A DNA stretch of 64,000 bases from NCBI GenBank assembly GCA_904063045.1, contig CAJFCJ010000012.1, positions 2,046,001-2,110,000 on the forward strand, given 5' to 3'. Positions 62,001 through 64,000 of this stretch are shown piece by piece (the first letter of the stretch is position 1; the number at the start of each line of letters is the position of its first letter). The notes beneath the pieces are model-generated. The model was not told the origin of the DNA, searched no databases, and worked only from the letters and a program-made list of their open reading frames with translations. This DNA comes from Dimorphilus gyrociliatus (taxonomy: Eukaryota > Animalia > Annelida). The translations under genes and the position numbers were made by a program.

Positions 62001-62236
62001 GTTTTCGCATAATTCATCAAATAGAGATAAACTAATTTCTTTAATTCTATATTATCTGTCTGCATACAATTTACGACATCGGCAAAGAGGCCGCTGACAT
62101 CTTTTCCTACTGTCATACTGGCAATAACCTTTTTTACGGCCTCTTTCTTTCGTTCCTTCTTATCACTGTTCAATTCAGCCTTTAATTCGAAGATCTCGCC
62201 CTTTTTAGTAGTTGTGAAGTATTTGGAGTCCGTCAT
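59088..62236 (-). CDS. AP1B1: AP-1/AP-2 complex beta subunit (beta-adaptin)
   Basis: [47 protein letters not shown], clathrin box LLDMD, appendage FLATWKDIP. Three exons. Invertebrates typically have one shared beta1/2 gene, so the AP1B1 versus AP2B1 label is nominal. Confidence 0.95.
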
Positions 62237-62679
62237 TTTGTCTGTTGATGTATAATTTTATAGAAGAGATGGAAATTATCAATTTGACAAACGCCCACTT
62301 TTATATTAAATTAAAGTGAATCGTCAATTTTTTTACAATATTTAAATGTAAATATTTTTAAGAAGTCGTAAGATTCGAATAAATAACTAATATTCAATTT
62401 ATATACCTGCAATCGGCGATTTCTATTAAAATTATTCAAATTCAGTCACGAAATATGGAGACAGCCTTGACCTTCTAGATTCGATTTGTTGTAATTTTGA
62501 CCGGTTCCTACAAAATATAGTGGAATATAGAGAAGAAAAAAAACCGGTTGAACCGTAAAAAAAATTTCGTTAATGAATATTTAAACAATTGAAAATATAT
62601 GCGAAAAAAATCAATGAAAATTAATTAATTAATTAAAATAGTTAAAATTAAGTAGAACAATTAAAATAAAGGAAAATAA

Positions 62680-62770
62680 GAGGGAAGGAAGGAGGAGAAG
62701 GAAAATAGATAACTGAAAGGAAGAGAAAGAGAGAGGGAGAGAGAGAAAGAGAAGGAGAAGGAGAAAGAAA
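62680..62770. repeat. Purine (GA/GGA)-rich tract
   Basis: Direct inspection. Confidence 0.8.
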
Positions 62771-62868
62771 AAAATCAAAGGGTAAATTAAATAGTTATTC
62801 TCTCATTAAGGGTAACATAAATTTGAAATTTAAATAGATGCTATGTTTAAAAAATATCCCTAAAAGGA

Positions 62869-64000
62869 ATGTTATTGATGTTTTCTTTCGTACTTTCTTC
62901 ATATATCCTTCTCATTGAAGTTCAGCAAATTTCTTCTCATTTAATTAATAATTATAAGTCAGTAAGAATCGATAAAAAGGATCCTTTAAAGCAAAATAAA
63001 CATAACTTTCGTAATGTAAATGATCATTGTCTTTGTGTAGATGATGAAAGAATGTCAGGAAAAGGTAAATTTGTAAGTTTATTTATATAATAAGGATATT
63101 TAAATGATTGTATATACTTTATATACTAATATATATATATATATATAGGTTTGTAGCGAAAATATAAATAGGCCTGAACTCGTAGATTACATCCATCCGA
63201 AAACTTGTCAAGACATATCGAATGTTAAATTTATTCATATTCAAGTCTATTGTTATTTCTATGATGATGAATTTTCCGTTGAACTCTTATTAAATAGATT
63301 TGTTCAATTAATTGAAGTGTTCTATTGTGTCAAGGCAAACATTAAGTTCAAAGGTCGAGTTGGTTACGAAAGAGATTTTCTCGTTATTTTACACGAGACA
63401 CTTCGTCTTCCATGCGGTTTACAAGTGTTAGGCAATTTGAATATCACTATTGTCAATAAAAGATTTACTTTATGGGCTGAAGAAGTGGTCGGAAAATTGA
63501 AAGATCAATCCCGATTGGTTGAATTAAATATCCGTGACATAACAGAAGCTTCCCATTGCGAAGGTGTTCAAAGCACTGCCGCCGAGAAATTTCACATTAC
63601 ATTTAATAATAACGACTACCTTAATGGTAGGAATAGATTAGCTATCTACACAAACTTAATAAGTAGGTCGTACGAAGATTCATTAAATAAATATGGAACA
63701 TTAAGATTTGCAAACGAAGCTCATCTACTCCTCGATCTTACGAATACAGACGACGTGTTAACAGCTTTGCAAACGGGTAGGGTCACAAAAAATACTCGTA
63801 ATATTGCATACGTAAAGATTATAGATGTCTCTACTAATCCAATAGGTAAATGGAAAGCTCAGAGATTTTTATTTAAAAGTTGCGCTCAAGTGGCTCTACT
63901 CTACGATTTAGAAAGAATAAAAAAGGCAGGTTCGAGTGTAGGTTTTCTTGTCAATTGTCCCTTGGATAAAAGTCATCCGTTAAAATATGCGGAATTTGAA
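62869..64000 (+). CDS. Secreted or receptor-type protein, 5' part (runs off the right edge)
   Basis: Exon 1 from 62869 has a signal peptide and a donor TTT|GTAAGT near 63073. Exon 2 (63149-64000) is stop-free for 284 codons (VCSENINRPELVDYIHPKTCQ...). It is absent from the ORF track because there is no stop in the window. Confidence 0.75.

Noticed and set aside
1-64000. tRNA, rRNA, CRISPR arrays, intact transposons, U12-type introns
   Set aside because: None seen by eye. The introns I traced were GT-AG, but not every intron was traced; tRNAscan-SE, Infernal and RepeatMasker would be needed to exclude these formally.

Overview
AT-rich, very gene-dense eukaryotic (animal) genomic DNA with mostly 55-70 bp GT-AG introns and short intergenic spacers. 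This fits a compacted invertebrate genome; a spiralian such as a miniature annelid is my inference and is not provable from this window. I can support about 24 protein-coding genes, mostly by manual splicing of the ORF fragments: sigma-class GST (partial), lysosomal alpha-glucosidase, a dienelactone hydrolase, MRPL44, CEBPZ/NOC1, WDPCP/fritz, DNAJC1, a hillarin/KY-like pseudo-transglutaminase, ACAD10, a GALNT, two tail-to-tail caspases, APIP/MtnB, BRIP1/FANCJ, TMEM179-like, DD3-3-like, AP-1/AP-2 beta adaptin and several orphans. I found no rRNA, tRNA, CRISPR array or intact mobile element. The best discovery candidate is a two-exon neuropeptide precursor gene (39954-40511, +) that the ORF track shows only in part. 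It is nested antisense in the single large GALNT intron and predicts an amidated peptide ending ...[13 protein letters not shown]2 that I cannot assign to a known family. Other notable points are an orphan ORF resembling a Gypsy-polyprotein dUTPase-like domain, a caspase-7-type DxxD/AKPD IAP-binding motif, a QTCRG caspase next to APIP, and an ACAD10 with both a mitochondrial-type presequence and a C-terminal SKL. Gene coordinates run from start to stop codon including introns. Family assignments come from motif recognition, not database searches.
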